A DNA stretch of 64,000 nt from Octopus sinensis. Taxonomy: Eukaryota. The notes beneath the pieces were generated by a model. The model saw nothing but the letters and a program-made list of their open reading frames with translations, had not been told where the DNA came from and did no database searches. The first letter of the stretch is position 1; each line of letters opens with the position of its first letter. The position numbers and the translations under genes were made by a program. Shown here one piece after another: positions 45,950 through 59,899 of the stretch. The stretch lies in the NCBI RefSeq assembly GCF_006345805.1, contig NC_042998.1, positions 154,442,001-154,506,000 on the forward strand, given 5' to 3'.

Positions 45950-48850
45950 TTTCGTTGACATGAGGGGGTCTACTCTAGAACCTCATACTGCCAAACACCT
46001 CAGTCCATTGTCATTTCTGCTATGAGCACTAACATCCTAAGATTGGTCCTCACCACTTCATCTTATGTCTTCCTGGGTGTCCCTCTTTCACAGATGTCAT
46101 TCACTTTCAATGACAGGCACTTCTGTATGCAACTGTCTTTACTCATATGCATCACATGTCCAAACCAATGCATTCTCCTCTCTTGTATGCCATATTTAAT
46201 CCCTCTTATACTTCACTTTTCTCTCAACACAGTTGCGCTTTGTTGGTTATGCACACTTATGTTGCACATCCAACAGACCATATTACCTTCACTTCTCTCC
46301 AGTCTACACATGTCCTCAGCATTCAGAGCCCAGTCTCATTACCATGTAGTATAGTCGTTCTCACACAAGCATCATGCAATCTACCTTTCACTCTGAGAGA
46401 AAATCCTTTTGTTGTCAACAGAGGTAGTAGCTCTCTGAACTTCCTCTATCTTATTCTTATTCTAGTAACTACTTTCAGTGTATCCACCACTGTTACTAAT
46501 TTGGTGACCTAAGTAGCAGAGACTATCTACAACCTCAAGAGAGCCACCTGGACATTTGATAGAGTCTAAGTCCCTCATGTTCTTATTGCTTATTCTTCCT
46601 GTGCATCTGCCACACTCAAAAATGACCTTATCTGTTAACCTACCTATGATTCCACTGCATCTCTTATGTGTCCATAGCTTACACTTGGTGCAGCAAATGG
46701 AATTCCCACTCCTTTCCTAAATATTGAACAGGGCCATTTTCCTGATAGAAAGAGATCTTATCTGCTTTCTTGTTAACAACAACTTAAGTCTTTGCTCAGT
46801 TAACTTTAAGGCCTTTTGATTCCGGGTTTTGCTTCCAAACCCAGAACTTCTTCTCCAATTCTGCTTCAGTTTCTGCAATAAGAGTGAGGTCATTAGCATA
46901 TAGCAGTTCCCATGAGCGTCCAGTTTTGAATTCCTCTGTTATGGCCTGAAGAACTATGATAAATAAGAGTGGACTAAGAACTGATCCCTGGTGAAATCCA
47001 ACTTGTAGACTAAAATCATTACTGTATTCAAGGCTGACTCTCACCTTACTGAAAGCATTGTTGTACATGGCTTGTATGGCTCTAACAAACAACTCCTCTA
47101 TGCCTAGCTTCCTCAGAGACCACCAGACAAGAGAACGGGGAACCTTGTTGAAGGCGTTCTCCAGGTCGATGAAATCTAAGTATAATGGTTTACTTTTGGC
47201 CAAATACTTTTCTTGCAATTGTCTCACTAGGAAGATGGCATCTGTGGTACTTTTCCAAGGAACAAAACCAAACTGCATCTTGATGGTCCAGGGGCTTTCC
47301 CAGTCTTCATGTCCTTAATTGCTTTATCTATTATACTGCTATCAATTCTGATGACTGGTTCTTCAATTGGTTCGATATTTGAAAGACTCTCCTTCACCCA
47401 ATCATTCTCCACATTTCGTAATGACATCATAATGCCTTTCAGAATGGCATCTCCACATCTTTCTTCTCTGAGTTACTACATACCATTATCCATTTGCACA
47501 CATTTCTCACCTACTACCTCTCTATTCTCTCTGATACACTGCTTTGCAATCCTGAATCCTCATGCTGTAAAACATTAGCAAACTTCTTATTATCTGCTAT
47601 TCCTTTTGCTATGTAAACCTGTTGCCTGGCTCCTGATATAATGCTCTGCTTCCACTGTTTTTCCAGTCTTTCCAAGCCTGTCTGTTTGTTTTTATAGCGC
47701 TGTCCACCTCCTTCATCCACCACCATATCACCCTTGGTCTAGCTGGGGCTTTGCACCAGCCACAGATTTGGTTAGCAGCTCCCAGTAAATTGTCTCACAG
47801 GAACTTCCAGTTGTCCTCTATGTTATATGTCCTTTCTTCCTCCTCTCTATCATTGTAAGCTTTTAGTAGAATGTCTCTAAATTTTTGTTGGTTTACTGGG
47901 TCTTTGAGCTTCCATAATCTTCTTTTCCAGCATGATTTATTTCTCTGAGTCTGACAAGCCATAATTCTAAAGTTACAAATGAGTAGCCTATGTTGGGGTG
48001 TACACTCTTCACCTGGGAAAGACTTCACATTTGAGAGCATCAGCCTATCTCATTGCCTAGTGAGGAGGTAATCAACCTGACTTATGTTCCCACCAAACTG
48101 ATAAGTGGTTAGGTGGTTGGCTGGTTTTCTGAAGTTAGTGTTGCAAATCATGAGATCATTTACATCACAGAACTCCAGTAGCCTTGTTCCCTTCTCATTC
48201 ATGGTTGGCGTTAGGAAGGGCATCCAGCTGTAGAAACCCTGCCAGATCAGACTGGAGCCTGGTGCAGCCTTCTGGCTTCCCAGATCCCCGGTCGAACTGT
48301 CCAACCCATGCTAGCATGGAGAACGGACGTTAAACGATGATGCTGATGATGATGAAAGCCATAACCACCATGCACACCATGGGAATGCTGCCCAACATGT
48401 CCATTAAAGTTGCCAGCAACAATAACAAAGTCTCTGTCATTTGTCGTTGAGGTAGTCTGCAAAAGGACCTCATAGGCTTGGTCATGGTAAGTCTCTGGCT
48501 ACCTCAATTATCTACAAACTTTTTTGCTAAGAGTATGCCCACATCATCTACTCCATCATTCCTGCCTACCCAGAAGAATTTAAACCTCTGTTTCTTACCC
48601 ATGAGGAATCTAGCAGAGGCACCTTTCTATCTCACTTCTTGCACACCACATACATCAATATGGTGGCACACCATCATTTTGATAATCTCACCAGATCTCA
48701 CCTTCATTGTGCCAATGTTGATGGTGGCAGCCCTAAAATTATGTACTTGGGAGGGACAATTGGAAAATATTTGTGGGACTTTTATCCGTGTCTGCAAAGA
48801 TCTGCGCAACTGCTTACTAGGTAGTGTAGAACATTCATACATCATGTAAA
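45950..48850 (-). mobile_element. RTE-clade LINE, near full coding length (APE endonuclease and RT), degraded
   Basis: ATINIGTMK...DVCGVQEVR (48627-48845), IVAGNFNGHVG, NEKGTRLLEFC...NTNF, MQFGFVP...TTDAIFLVRQLQEK...FIDLENAFNKVPR...HQGSVLSPLLF...LLYANDL (46796-47278). Confidence 0.9.
48203..48352 (+). mobile_element. 5'-truncated SINE / RTE-tail copy inserted antisense into the RTE endonuclease
   Basis: It splits HGGYGF from xNEKGTRLLEFC. Confidence 0.8.
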
Positions 48851-49740
48851 CGATTCACTGAAGTATAATTTCCTTGGTTCATCTTGTATTCAATTCAATG
48901 AAGTTCAATTTCCTCATTCCTATACAGCATCCAGATTAAGGGCCAGTTAAGAGAGGGGTAGGAAGGGCATCAAGTAGTCTTATATGTTTATATATATATA
49001 TATACCATAGTACATCCTGTATTCAATTTGATGAAGTACAGTTACCTTACTCCCACACAGAATCCAGATTAAGGGCCAGTAAATAGAGGGGTAAGAAGGG
49101 CATGAAAGTAGTCATATGTCCATATGTATGCATATACACAGTATTAACCTTATATGTTTATATATATACATAAATTGTATAGGTTTACATTTATAAACAC
49201 TACACAGCATGGTATGAATCTTCCATATTAATACATAGACACACACACATACATACACACAACCCCATGCATCCACACACATATATATACATACCCATAT
49301 ACCCACATACACATATAAATAAAGACATATGAACATGCAGTCCACATAAGTATACACATATGGTATGAATTTTACATATTCATACATACAGACACACATA
49401 TACATATACACACACAATCCCATACATCCACATATATACACACATCCATATATCCACATGCACATATATACACATATGAACATGTAATTCACATAAATGC
49501 ACACATAGATGTAAATATATACATATATATTCATAAACCCATAAATCCAAATTGACATGTACATATATAAGAGGTTCACATAAGTATGTACATACCTATA
49601 CGGTACACTGACAGGCACATGCACACAAGTATTTAGGTACTGCAGGAGAAACCTCTGCGCAGAACAGGAGTACAGTTAGCTAGGGAAGAAAGTCATGTAC
49701 ATTTAGATTGAAACAGTGGGAGTGGGGAATGCAGGAGGGC

Positions 49741-50091
49741 ATAACATGTTAGTAAAGATGGATACTGTTTTTAACATAATGTTAATATTTATAACTTTTA
49801 TTATTGTTATTAATACACTCTAAACCACATAATATCATAAATTGAACTGTTCAAGCTACATATTATCGCATAAACTTAGTAGCAAATAAGAAACCATACT
49901 GTTCTAATCTACATACTAACATAAAACATAGGACTATTCTAAGCTACACAATGTCATATAGACTTTTGAGAACTTAGATGGGCAGGATGCTGAATGGGAG
50001 AGAGAGAGAGAGATTAAACAGCATTACATTAGAATATAATCAAATAAGACGAAGATTAAAACTTAGCTTCGGTTTTCACTTTGAAGCAGTT
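49741..50091. repeat. ~390-bp repeat unit, copy 1 (copy 2 at 54464-54852, partial copy 3 at 54853-54896)
   Basis: ataacatgttagtaaagatggatactg...ttttcactttgaagcag aligns to 54491-54850. Confidence 0.8.
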
Positions 50092-53000
50092 TGTTATGAC
50101 ATGCGTGTACATGTTGGGTGTAAGCATAGTATTACCTAAATAAATATTTGGATATGGTTATCTAGAATAATCTATCACAGAATTATTATGTTCACACAGA
50201 ATGCACTCATTACTTCAACATAGTTACAATATTTGATTAACACAATAACCAATATGTATGATCAACACTGTCAACTGCCACTCAGTACACAGTTCTTTAT
50301 TCAAATTTGTTAAGTCCACTTTCAGTTACATGGGGGTGTACAGAATTCTCCCATAGCATCTCCCATTTTTGCGAATTTAAACTCTATCCGAAGTTTAATA
50401 TCTTTTGTGTTCAGGATTTAATTCCAGTACTTCCATTCTTTTCCTTTTTCTGGTACTTGAATGTGTAGTTTCAATTTGTTTAGGTGTTGGTGCCTCAAAT
50501 GTATCATAAAAGACTTCCATGGGCATTTCATCTCTTGTGACCATTTCTTCCATAAATCTTTTTTTAAGTTGGTTTATATGTCTTTTATGTTTGAAATTTT
50601 TACCTTTTACCAAGAATAACACTTTTCCAATTTGTTTAATAATCACACAATCTTCCCATCTTTTTTTAAAAAATTTCTATACATTAAAAAAAAAAAATTG
50701 TCACTTATTTTTAAAAATTTTGAATTATATTTGTTCTTCACCATTTTTCTTTTTTTACTCAGTAACAACTTGTCAAAGATAGATCTTATCTTTCTAGCGA
50801 ACATTAATTCTGCAGGTGACATTCCAGACAGTATTACTTGGTATACTCTTAGAAATTGTTGAAGTGCTAGGTCATCCATTACTTCTTTGTTCACCTTTTT
50901 TAAAACCCTCTTAAAAGTATCAACAAAACGCTCTGCTTGTCCATTTGATATGGCAGTGATAACATGTTCAATAATGAACATTATACAAAAATTTTTCAAC
51001 TTGTATGAAGTAAACTGAGTTCCATTATCAGACACATTGGTATCAGGAGTACAATATCTGGCAAACAATTCATGTAAAAAACTTACTGTAACCATGGATT
51101 TCGACTTTTTACATTAATGCACTTGAGGTCACTTAAAAAAACTGTCTACCACAACATGGTAATATGAACCATTAAGTAGGCCTGCATAATCAACATGCAG
51201 TCTGGTGCATGGATATCTGTTTGTGGCCACGGCTGCCATTTTGTAATAGGTGATTTTGCTGTTAGAGCACAATCTAGTTTTTTCACTAGTTTTTCAATGT
51301 CACAGTCCATTCTTGGCCAATACACATAACTTCTCATTAACCATTTCATTCTTGAAATTACCTTTAGTAATTACTTTTGTAGTGTGGTAGGCACTACAAC
51401 TCTGTGTATACATTGTCACAAACTGAGAGAAGGTTCAAATTTGTGTTGCATTCTGCAAAACATATTCTTATCTCTTCAGCATTTCTTTCATTTTTTAATA
51501 AATTCGTTTTCTGTTTTTACTTTCATGTCTTGTAATGTAACTGGTAATTCATGTATGACATTACGTAAAACATTTTAAATTTCTTTTTCCACATGCAATG
51601 CAACAATCATGGTATCCTCAAACAGTTCAGTAATTTTTGGTATCAACCTAGATGAACAATCAGCATGTTCTAATTTCTTAGATAATATAAACTCCATCTT
51701 AAAATCATAGTTTAGTAATATTGTACCCTAGCTTTGCCATCTGTTAGCTGTATAGGTAGGGATTCCTTTCTTTGATCTATATATAGATAATAACAGACGA
51801 TGATCAGCCTGTAGTTGAAAATTTTTACTGTGTGAAAATCAAAGAAATTTTTTTTTAACAAAAATAATCACTAGAGCCTCTTTTTCAATTTGGCTGTAAT
51901 TTTTTCTGCAGGTGGTAGTGAACATGAGGTATGGATCATGGCTTTCATATTACCATCTTCATATTTGTTTAGCATTACTGCTCTGATACTGTGCTCACTG
52001 GCATCTGAAGCTGCTACAATTTCTGCTGCAGGATTGAAATGTGTTAAAGATAAATCTGATGTGAATATCTTTTTAATTTTATCTAACATGTTCTGACAAT
52101 TTTCAGACTAATTCTACTTTACATCTGTTTTTAGTAGATTATTTAGTGGAGCTCTTACCTTGTACATCTTTTGTATATAAATTTGATAATAGTTTGCAAG
52201 TTCAAAAAAAAGCTTGTGAGGGGGCATATTTTTAATTGCATCTGCCTTAAATGGATCTGGTCAATGACCATTTTTATCAAGGATTTGTCCTAAATACTTA
52301 ATTTTAGGTAAGAAAAATTCACATTTCTCCTCACTCAGCTTGAAACTATGATCTCTTATTTTTTCAAAAACACATTTTACATGCTCAACATACTGATCAT
52401 GGGATTCACTTTTAATTAATATATCATCTAAAACCATTGCAAGCATCGCATCCATCACTTGGAATGTTGCCAGAGCAACTTTTATGCCAAATGGAAGCTG
52501 GTTAAATTTGTACAGATCTTTATGGGTATTAATTATTAGTGACTTTGTACATTCATCTTCCACATGTTAAGTTAAGCATCAGAAAGATGTAATTTTAGAA
52601 CAATTTACCACTATTTAGTTTTGAGAAGATTTTTGTCCTGGCTAGGTAATAGGTAGTTATACTGTCTTAAACATTCATTTAGTCCAATCTAGAAATCTAT
52701 ACATACACAAATTTTCTTCTTCTTATTTTTAACAGACACTGTTGGAGATGTCCAATGTGAATAGTTGTTCTTTTCAATCACTCCCATTTTTTCCAGTGCT
52801 GCAAAAGGTACATTATGTTTGGGTTTGAAAACTGGTAATGAATTTTCTTTTACCTGATATTTTCCTTTAAGTTTATTGCATCGATCCAACTCATCCAAAA
52901 TCATCAAGGAACAACCTTTTCACTTTTTAAAAAATTTTCTGACTCTGTATTTGAACTGGCATATGACTCCATTACATTTTTACAAAAATTATTTATGGGT

Positions 53001-54463
53001 AAATCCCATAAGTTCAACAATTCCATCCAGTCAGTTCCAAAAATGTTGCTCATATTTTTTAATACATAATCTTTCACTTTTATAGTCTTACTGTGAAATA
53101 TAACGTTACAAATAATTTTGCCTTTAAAAATTAATTTAATCTCTGAGATTTCATGAACAATCTTTGAGAATCCTCTGTAGTGTAGGTTTACGATCTTTTC
53201 CATGTATTTTCATTAATTAAAGTAATGTCACCACCTGTATCTAACTAATTTTACATTTGTATTATTAATTTTTATATACACAAATTTCTTTTGAGTCTCA
53301 TTTGTATTTCTTGTCATTGAAAATCTGTTTATGTGATTTTTTTGTTGAACCATTTTGTAGGTTCTGTTTTACAGTGTGATTTTTTTTTATGACCCACCAT
53401 ATCATACTCAAAGCATTTTCAATTTTTATAAGGACTGTCAAATGTATAGTGTAATTCTCCACATCCAAAACATGGGTTAATTTTCTACTTTTCATTATTT
53501 ACTTTTGGTTGCAACGATTGTATATGAGAGCAGTTTCTCACTTCAATTTGTTCCCTAGGTTTATTATTCTCTGGCATTCCTCGGATATTTCTTGTAGCGT
53601 TAGCTCTAATTTAGTCAGAATTTGGTTACGAATTTCCACATCTTTCTTTGCACAAAAATTAATCATTTAAACATATCTGGTGTTAGTTTATGAATTTAAA
53701 ATTTTTCACATTCCCTATTAACAATTCCAGCATATGTAATAAAATCTTTGTCTTCTTTTTTGTAATATTCATGCATTGCCAATCTCTTATTATAAAAGGC
53801 AGATTTTATCTGCCTCCCTTTGTAACTTCTGGTCTCTTTGGTAATATGTAATTTCAATATTTCTTATGCTTTGCTGGTGTCAACCTTCTCAACAAAAGTC
53901 AGGTTCTTTGCTAAAAATTTCCTCATACCTTCTAAAGTAAGCATGGAATGTTATACCCTCTTCTGGGTTATATGCGAACTCTCTGATTGAGTTTGCGACA
54001 GTGTCAGGGGTGAACGAACTAGATGTATTTTCTTTTTTCTTCTGCATCAGTTGTACAAGCAGTTGCTGTTGCTTCTGAAATTTCAACAACTGCTGTTGTT
54101 GTTGCTGTTATTAAATTACTGAAATTAATAAACCTTCCATGTTCAAACAAAAATTTTCCAGCATGCGTTTCAAATATCCTCGTTGCCAAAAATGTTATGA
54201 CATGTATGTACATGTCAGGTGTAAGAATAGTATTACCCAAATAAATATTTGGATATGGTTATCTAGAATAACTTATTGCAGAATTATTATGTTCATACAG
54301 AATGCACTTCGTACTACTCCAACGTAGTTACAATATTTGACTAACACAGTAACCAATATGGATAATCTATACTGTCAACTGCCACTCAGTTCATACAGTT
54401 CTTAATTTATTTGAATCCATTCACTTTCAGTTATGTGGGGGTGTACAGGATTTTCCCATAACA
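50092..54463 (-). mobile_element. Ty3/Gypsy LTR retrotransposon (Mag-like), full structure but degraded
   Basis: LTRs 50092-50358 and 54193-54463 (TG...CA). PBS TGGCAACGAGGAT at 54188-54176 is complementary to a tRNA-Ser(GCU)-type 3' end. Fragments: gag (DTVANSIREFAYNPEEG), RT (LIINTHKDLYKFNQLPFGIK), RNase H (IVAASDASEH) and integrase (VSDNGTQFTS, SNGQAERFV). TSD cagtt / gagat. Confidence 0.9.
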
Positions 54464-54896
54464 GAGATAATGTAAACATCCTATTTCTACATAACGTGTT
54501 AGCAAAGATGGACACTGTTTTTAATGTAATGTTAATATTTAAAACTTTTATTATTGTTATTGTTAATACAACCTAAGCCATATAGTATCATAAATTGAAA
54601 TGTTGAAGCTGCATATTATCGCATAAACTTAGTTGCAAATAAGAAATTGTACTGTTCTAATCAACATGCTCACATAAAATATAGAATAACTATTCTAAGT
54701 TACACAATATTATATAAACATTTGAGAAATCAGATGGGCAGAATGCTGAATGGAGGAGAGAAAAAGAGAAGGGTTAAATGTCATTACATTAGAATAAAAT
54801 AAAATAGGACAAAGATTAAAAACTTAGCTTCTGTTTTCACTTTGAAGCAGATAATGAAAACATCTTATTTCTATATAACGTATTAGCAAAGATGGC
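54464..54896. repeat. ~390-bp repeat unit, copy 2 plus the start of copy 3
   Basis: The copy 2-3 junction at 54848-54852 (CAGAT) shows the un-inserted site. Confidence 0.8.
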
Positions 54897-55232
54897 TACA
54901 AGAAATTTGTTTATCTTTTGTCAGTGGAAAAATAGTTTCAATAAATCAAAAATTTATCTTGAATGATATTTGATCTGTCTTTATTACACAAACAGCACAG
55001 CATAAATCTGAAGGACTGAAATAAATTTAAATATTATAAAACCACATTGTGGGTTGAATAAGAATGTAAATACATTCTTTTTTTTATGTTTGGTAAAAAG
55101 AGAGGGGAAATCTTCAGATGGAATATTTCATGATCTGTTGACTAATCCTCAGAGAAGACATACAATGTTTCCATCCTCAATCAGTAGCATTGATCAGCTA
55201 CTTATAAATCAGTCATAAATTACTTGTGTATG

Positions 55233-58200
55233 TGTTGTGGAAGGATTCTGACCACTCCCATGTGACTAAAAGTGGACTGGCACATTGCTGTAAATAAAGA
55301 ATGGTGAGCAATTAGGAGTAAGCAGTTCACTGTGAGCTGTTGACTGAGAGTGCTTTATCTCATGGAACAATAATTGTATTGCATTGTGTAAATACTTTAT
55401 TTCTCTGCTTTGTTAAATTATTTATCCAACACCAGGATATAAAGTGGCAACGAGTTGTTTGAAACTTGCGTTGGATGTTTAGAATTTTTTTCTGGTACGA
55501 AACTAAAAAAAAATTGTTTTAACATGGAGGACTTATTGGCTTCTGTGGTGCAGTTGCAACAACAACTACAACAGTAACAATAACAAAACCAACAGTTGCT
55601 GGAATTAATGTTGAAGAAATCTGAAAATACTGCAGGTGCTTACTCATCAGACAGTGTAGCAAATTCATTTGAAGAATTCAGCTATAAACCAGACTTTTTC
55701 TGCATATAATTGAAGATATAAAATCTTCAGAGAAGAATGTGAAAATTGGATGGACCAGAAAAAGGTACAACACTTTTAAGAAAGTTATCCTCTCCTGAAG
55801 AAACCAGGTGAGATTTGTTTTGATAAAACAATTTTTTATTGAAGATTTTCAGTAAAAGAAGTTCCTTGTTCAATATTCACTGGCAATGTTTAAATTTGGT
55901 CAAAAAAGATGATGAAAATTTCATGACTTATGATGGGGTTGTTAACAGAGAGTATGAAAAAATTCAAATTAAATGAATTAACCCCGAACATGTTCAAATG
56001 TCTGATTTTTGTTCAAGGGCTAACTGCATGCAAAGATGCAGATATATGTTCCCAGATATTAATAAAATTAGAACAGGACCAAAAATTAACTCTACAGGCA
56101 GTAGCAGAAGAATGCCAGAGGATTATAAATCTAAAACATGACATAGATAAAATTGAAGAAAAAGATTGTTCTCATATTCATGCATGTCGACAGGTAACGG
56201 ATATGAAAAAAGAGGAAAAAATGTCAAGACCAAAATCCATGTTATGGGTGCAGTGATCTACATTTTAAAAGTAACTGTCCATTTAAAAATATAAAATGCT
56301 TCAAGTGTAGGTAATAAAAAAATCACACTGTAAAACAAAAGCTAAAAGACAGCTCAACAGAAAAAATCATGTAAACAAGTTATCAATGACAAGTAATACA
56401 TGAGCTTTGAAAATTACACACAGTGTTTTAGGATAATAATTACTTTTTAAGGGTGAATTAATAAGTGATTACTTTTCATGGAAAACCTTGTGTTGAATAA
56501 TATGACACATTTATTTGGAATAGACTGGATGGAATTATTTAACTTATGGGACCTCCTCATAAATCTTTTCTGTAAAAATGTGAATAGTTTTTTGCCAATA
56601 AAAATAAGTCACCAGATGAATTAAAAAAGAAATCAAAACAGATTTTTCCTGAGATTCTGTCTGATGAATTAGGTCTGTGCACCAAAACAAATGCGAAGTT
56701 TCAAATAAAAGAATATGCTACACCAGTATTTAAACCAAAACGAATAGTAGCTTTCACAGCGTTAGAGAGACTAGAAAAAATTGGAGTTATCAAAAAGTGG
56801 AATATAGTCAATGGTCATCACCAACTGTGTATGTTAAGAAAAAGAATAATAAAATCAAAGTGTGTGCTGATTTTTCCACTGGTTTAACCCTTTCGTTACC
56901 AAACTGCCCAAAGCCGCCTGAAAAAATTTTGGTTAATGTGACCAAACTGCCCAAACCCGCCCGTATTTACCTATTCATATTTAAATGAGAATATCAGAGC
57001 AAATTTCTTTAGTACATTCGTGAAAACACGTATTATACTTTGTAAAGAGTTCAGCTACAGTTTTGTACAACAATCGAAGTGTAATTTTAATTCCGTGAAT
57101 TTTGGGAGATTTTTTTCCGAAATTTGTTCCTATTGTGTTTTCAAAATTTGTAATTCTGACAAAAAATGGATACAAATTTCATTATATCAAGCAGTGAGTC
57201 AGAATTTGAAGGATTTTCTACTGAAGACCTTCATAAATCTAACTCTATGACTGAAAAAAAAAAAAGCACGTGGTATTTGATAATGAATCTGATGTTTCAT
57301 TTTCCAAAAGTGAAAACAGTGAATCCGAGAGCTCCGACAGCGATAAAGAAAATAAATTGGCACCTGAATGGAGTGAAAATTTAAAAACTGTTTCTTTCGG
57401 TGATTTTTCTGAAGAAACTGGACCAAGCCACAGACTTTCCCAGGAGAATGAGCCTATTTGAAATCATTACGGCGGAAACGAACCGTTACGCTAAATGTAA
57501 ACAAAGCGAAAGAAAGGATAGTTAGTGGTTGCCCACAACCTTAAATGAAATTAAGACTATTTTGCCATAAATATTATTATGGGTATCAGAAAGTTACCCA
57601 GAATAACAAATTCTATCATAAAATTTTGTTGTATACCCAATTGAATATTAGTTAATAACCCATTTTCTATAGCGATGTATGAACAAAATTTTAATAATTT
57701 TATATTTTGTTGAATTTACCTGTATCTACCCTCAATTAGAGTCACTTTGTGACAAAAATTATAGTATAGAATTGGTTGAGAATATTTCATTAAATTATCT
57801 TCCAAAAATCAGATTAATAAATTGATAAATAAAAAAGTTATAGTTGTTTAATGAAACCAGACTAAATTTATGATTACGTAAGAAATTAATTGAAACACAT
57901 AAGGGGTGTATTTTGGTCAGAAATATAGTAACGAAAGGGTTAAATGAATGTCTTAAAAATGTGCCACAATCTGCTACCTACACCGGAGGACATATTTGCG
58001 AAATTAAATGTGGCAAGATATTTTCTAAATTGGATCTCTCTGATGTGTACCTACAAAATAGAGTACATGATGAATGCTCTAAATACTTAACAATTAACAC
58101 CCACAAAGGATTCTATAGATACAACAGGTTACCATTTGGCTTAAAAGTTGCACAGACGATTTTTCAACAGGTTATGAATGCAATGTTAGTGGACTGAATT

Positions 58201-59090
58201 TGCAATTCCATATCTGGATGATATACTCATAAAAAGTAAATTCCAGGACCAATATGTTGAGCATATAAAATATGTGTTCGAAGAAATTAGGGATTATCAC
58301 TTTACTTGAGTGAAGAAAAGTGTGAATTTTCCTTACCAAGATAAAATATTTAGGACAAATCATTGACAGAAATGGATGTTGACCAGATCCTTTGAGGGTA
58401 GATGCAATTTACGATATGCCCCCTCCAACAAATATAGCAATCTTATAAGCTTTTTTGGGACTGGTAAATTATTACCAAAATTATATTCCAAATATGCCTA
58501 AGGTAAGAGTTTCACTAAATAATCTAATAAAAAAGATGTAAAGTGGAATTCGTCTGAAAATTGTCAGAACGTGTTTAATGAAATTTAAAAAATACTAACA
58601 TCTGATTTGTCGTTGGCACACTTCGATCCTGCAGCAAAGACTGTAGTAACTTAAGATGCCTCTGAGTACAGTATCAGAGCAATAATGCTGCATTAATATG
58701 AAGATGATAACATGAAGGCGGTGGTTCAGGCCTCACATTCTCTGATATTAGTAGAAAAAAATTACAGCCAAATCGAAAAAGAGGCTCTAGCGATTATTTT
58801 TGCCATAAAAGAATTTCATAGATTTTTACATGGTAGAAGGTTTTGACTACAGACTGATAATCATCTCTTATCTGTATATGGGTCAAAGAAAGGAATCCCT
58901 ATCCATACTGCTAATAGGTTACAACGCTGAAGTACTATGTTATTAAACTATGATTTTAAGATAGAGTATATACCATCTAAGAAATTAGGACACGCTGATT
59001 GTTTATCAAGACTGATTTTCAAAAAATGCTGAACCATTCGAAGATACCATGATTGCTGCATTGCAAGTGGAAAATGAAATTAAAAATGGT
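55233..59090 (+). mobile_element. Second Mag-like Gypsy element, 3'-truncated, divergent from the first
   Basis: Candidate LTR 55233-55431 (TGTTG...CAACA) and PBS TGGCAACGAG at 55445. Fragments: gag (MEDLLASVVQLQQQ; FKCLIFVQGL), RT (YSQWSSPTVYVKK...ADFSTG; FSKLDLSDVYLQ; YRYNRLPFG) and RNase H (DASEY; YSQIEKEALA). Confidence 0.85.
56888..57939 (+). mobile_element. Internally deleted piggyBac element nested in the Gypsy RT
   Basis: TTAA TSDs at 56884-56887 and 57940-57943; TIRs CCCTTTCGTTAC / GTAACGAAAGGG; acidic N-terminus (SSSESEFEGF; SESESSDSD) and ETNRYA...W..TTLNEIK..FAI remnants. Removing it restores STGLNECL in the RT. Confidence 0.92.
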
Positions 59091-59479
59091 ACCATGCAGT
59101 AGGATTGAACTCAAAATCACATGGTTGTGAAGGGAACTTCTTAATCACAGAGCCTTATATATTACTACCCTCTTGCAAACCACTCTCTAGCCTTCTAAAC
59201 TCATGTAACCCTTCCCCTCAACCCTTCCCAATCTTTATATATACTGCCTACCTACCTCTCTCCCTCCCACTTCTATTTCTTCTCCCATACACTCTTACAC
59301 CACCACACACTACTACTACTTCAGGTGTCACCTGGACACCTCATCATCACTGTCTACCTCTTTGGAGATACTGCTTATTTATTCTTACTCCCTCTCCTAA
59401 ATGTAAGCAGCCATGTGGCTTCTCTACAACAAGAATCTGTTCTACCCCAATTTCTTCCCTAATATCTTAACTCCCACCT

Positions 59480-59735
59480 AGCATAAGGATGCAGCACCCC
59501 CAGCACCTTCTTGGGTTTGTAGACTTGCAAGCTGTATGGTGACCTCAATAGTGCTGGTGGCAAGGAAAAAGGCCTCCAGTATATGCTGTAAAGTGGTTGG
59601 CATTAGGAAGGGCATCCAGCTGTAGAAAGCATTCCAAAGTAGACACTGGAGCATGATTCTGTTCTTTGGACTCATCAGATTCTTGTCAAACTGTCCAATC
59701 CATGCCAGCATGGAGCATGGATGTTAAAGATGATA
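59480..59735 (+). mobile_element. SINE / RTE-tail family copy (diverged)
   Basis: gtggttggcattaggaagggcatccagctgtagaaagc...gttaaagatgat. Confidence 0.7.
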
Positions 59736-59899
59736 TATCTAGTGATCTATCTGTCAATCTATCCATCCATTCATCATAAATGTACACAATAAAGAGTTGT
59801 TATTATCAATCTGAGCAAAATACTTCTTAAGCTCTCTTCTAATACGAATAAACTGGGCTAATAAAAGTTTTTTTTTTGATTGGTATGGTGGAGGTTGCT

